From positions 868,001-932,000 of the forward strand of contig LSRY02000021.1 of the NCBI GenBank assembly GCA_001643675.2: a DNA stretch of 64,000 nt, read 5' to 3'. The notes under the pieces were generated by a model. That model did not search any database. It was not told where the DNA came from and saw only the letters and a program-made list of their open reading frames with translations. The DNA is from Monocercomonoides exilis PA203 (taxonomy: Eukaryota > Protista > Preaxostyla). A program made the position numbers and the translations under genes. How positions within the stretch are numbered: the first letter of the stretch is position 1; each line of letters opens with the position of its first letter. Positions 63,101-64,000 of this stretch are shown one piece after another.

Positions 63101-64000
63101 ATTTCCGAAGAAAAATATGAGAAGTTCAATGTGATGTTTTCGCTAAATGCAAAATCGTATAAAGCAAGTTGACTCCACAAGAAGACAACAATCCAAATTG
63201 CTATATTTTTGGCAATCAATCTCCAATAAATCAATAAAGTTGGATTTCTTCAAGTCAATTCACCAACTTTTTGCGATTTCCTCTCATCTCCCCTCAAAAT
63301 ATAAAATGAAGATATTTCTCAATTTCTTTTCTTTTCTATTTTTCATCTTCCATTCAGCTCTCACTATTCTCTGAAAAATATCAATCCCTTCCTTTTCTTC
63401 ATCTTTCACATTCTCTTCCTCTTTTCTCCTCTCAAAAAAATACACTTCTTTCAAGCCTTTCAACATTTCTCAATTTTCCTTTTCTTTCAAGCTTTTGCCC
63501 TCTTTTCTTTCTCTTCAAAATCCATTTCTCCAATCAGCAATAATCACCTTCTCATCATCTCCAATCACCCTTCTATATATTTACTATATTATCTTCTCCG
63601 AATTTCCACCTGTTCCTTCCTCACCCCTTTGTCTCAGATTATCTTTTATATAAAAATCCCTCTCGTAATATTAACATACAAAAATACGCTCAACAACCAC
63701 TCCCTGCCACGAATAATCTTCTTCGATCTCCTCTCTGCCCCATATCCCTCATGTGCCATGTGTTGGTGAGATAAACATCAAAAACGATAAAGGATATTTG
63801 AGAATTTTATTAAAGGAGAAGATCATGGCCGAAAAGAAAAAAACACATCTGGGCATCCACCACAATGTGCACGGGTTGAGAAGACACTCCAGTGAGATAT
63901 ATGAATTATTTCGTGGAAATGCATTCCATGCTGCATTCAACCATTCTGATGCTGAAATGAAGAGATTGAATTTTTGAATGATGATGGCTGTGGAGATGAG

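Noticed and set aside
60200-64000. ORFs of 60-245 aa
   Set aside because: Low-complexity, mixed-strand, no motifs; probably scrambled pseudogene fragments.

Overview
Eukaryotic, AT-rich, intron-rich protist DNA using the standard genetic code (genes end in TAA/TGA). Short GT-AG introns, Ser-rich insertions and an expanded family of giant membrane-anchored TKL-like proteins suggest an oxymonad such as Monocercomonoides (inference, not a database match). Housekeeping genes: a PH-like/AGC kinase, a bacterial-type trehalose synthase (TreS) with 13 introns and a ~550-aa insertion, a WD40 protein, a 2.6-kaa receptor-like pseudokinase, DNase II, a single-RRM/MLLE PABP-like protein, MCM7 and alpha-SNAP. 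Six TIR DNA elements were resolved by eye: a Pack-MULE-like element (2350-5924), three MITEs, an apparently intact pogo element (55652-58226) and a 12.9-kb composite element (31584-44494). The best candidate for an undescribed system lies inside the composite element. It is a spliced gene encoding a Sola-like DDD transposase with an embedded, motif-complete USP deubiquitinase domain, followed ~20 nt after its stop codon by a ~250-nt multibranched RNA-like structure with G-U pairs and a GAAA tetraloop. All exon structures, alignments and folds were derived manually and need computational confirmation.
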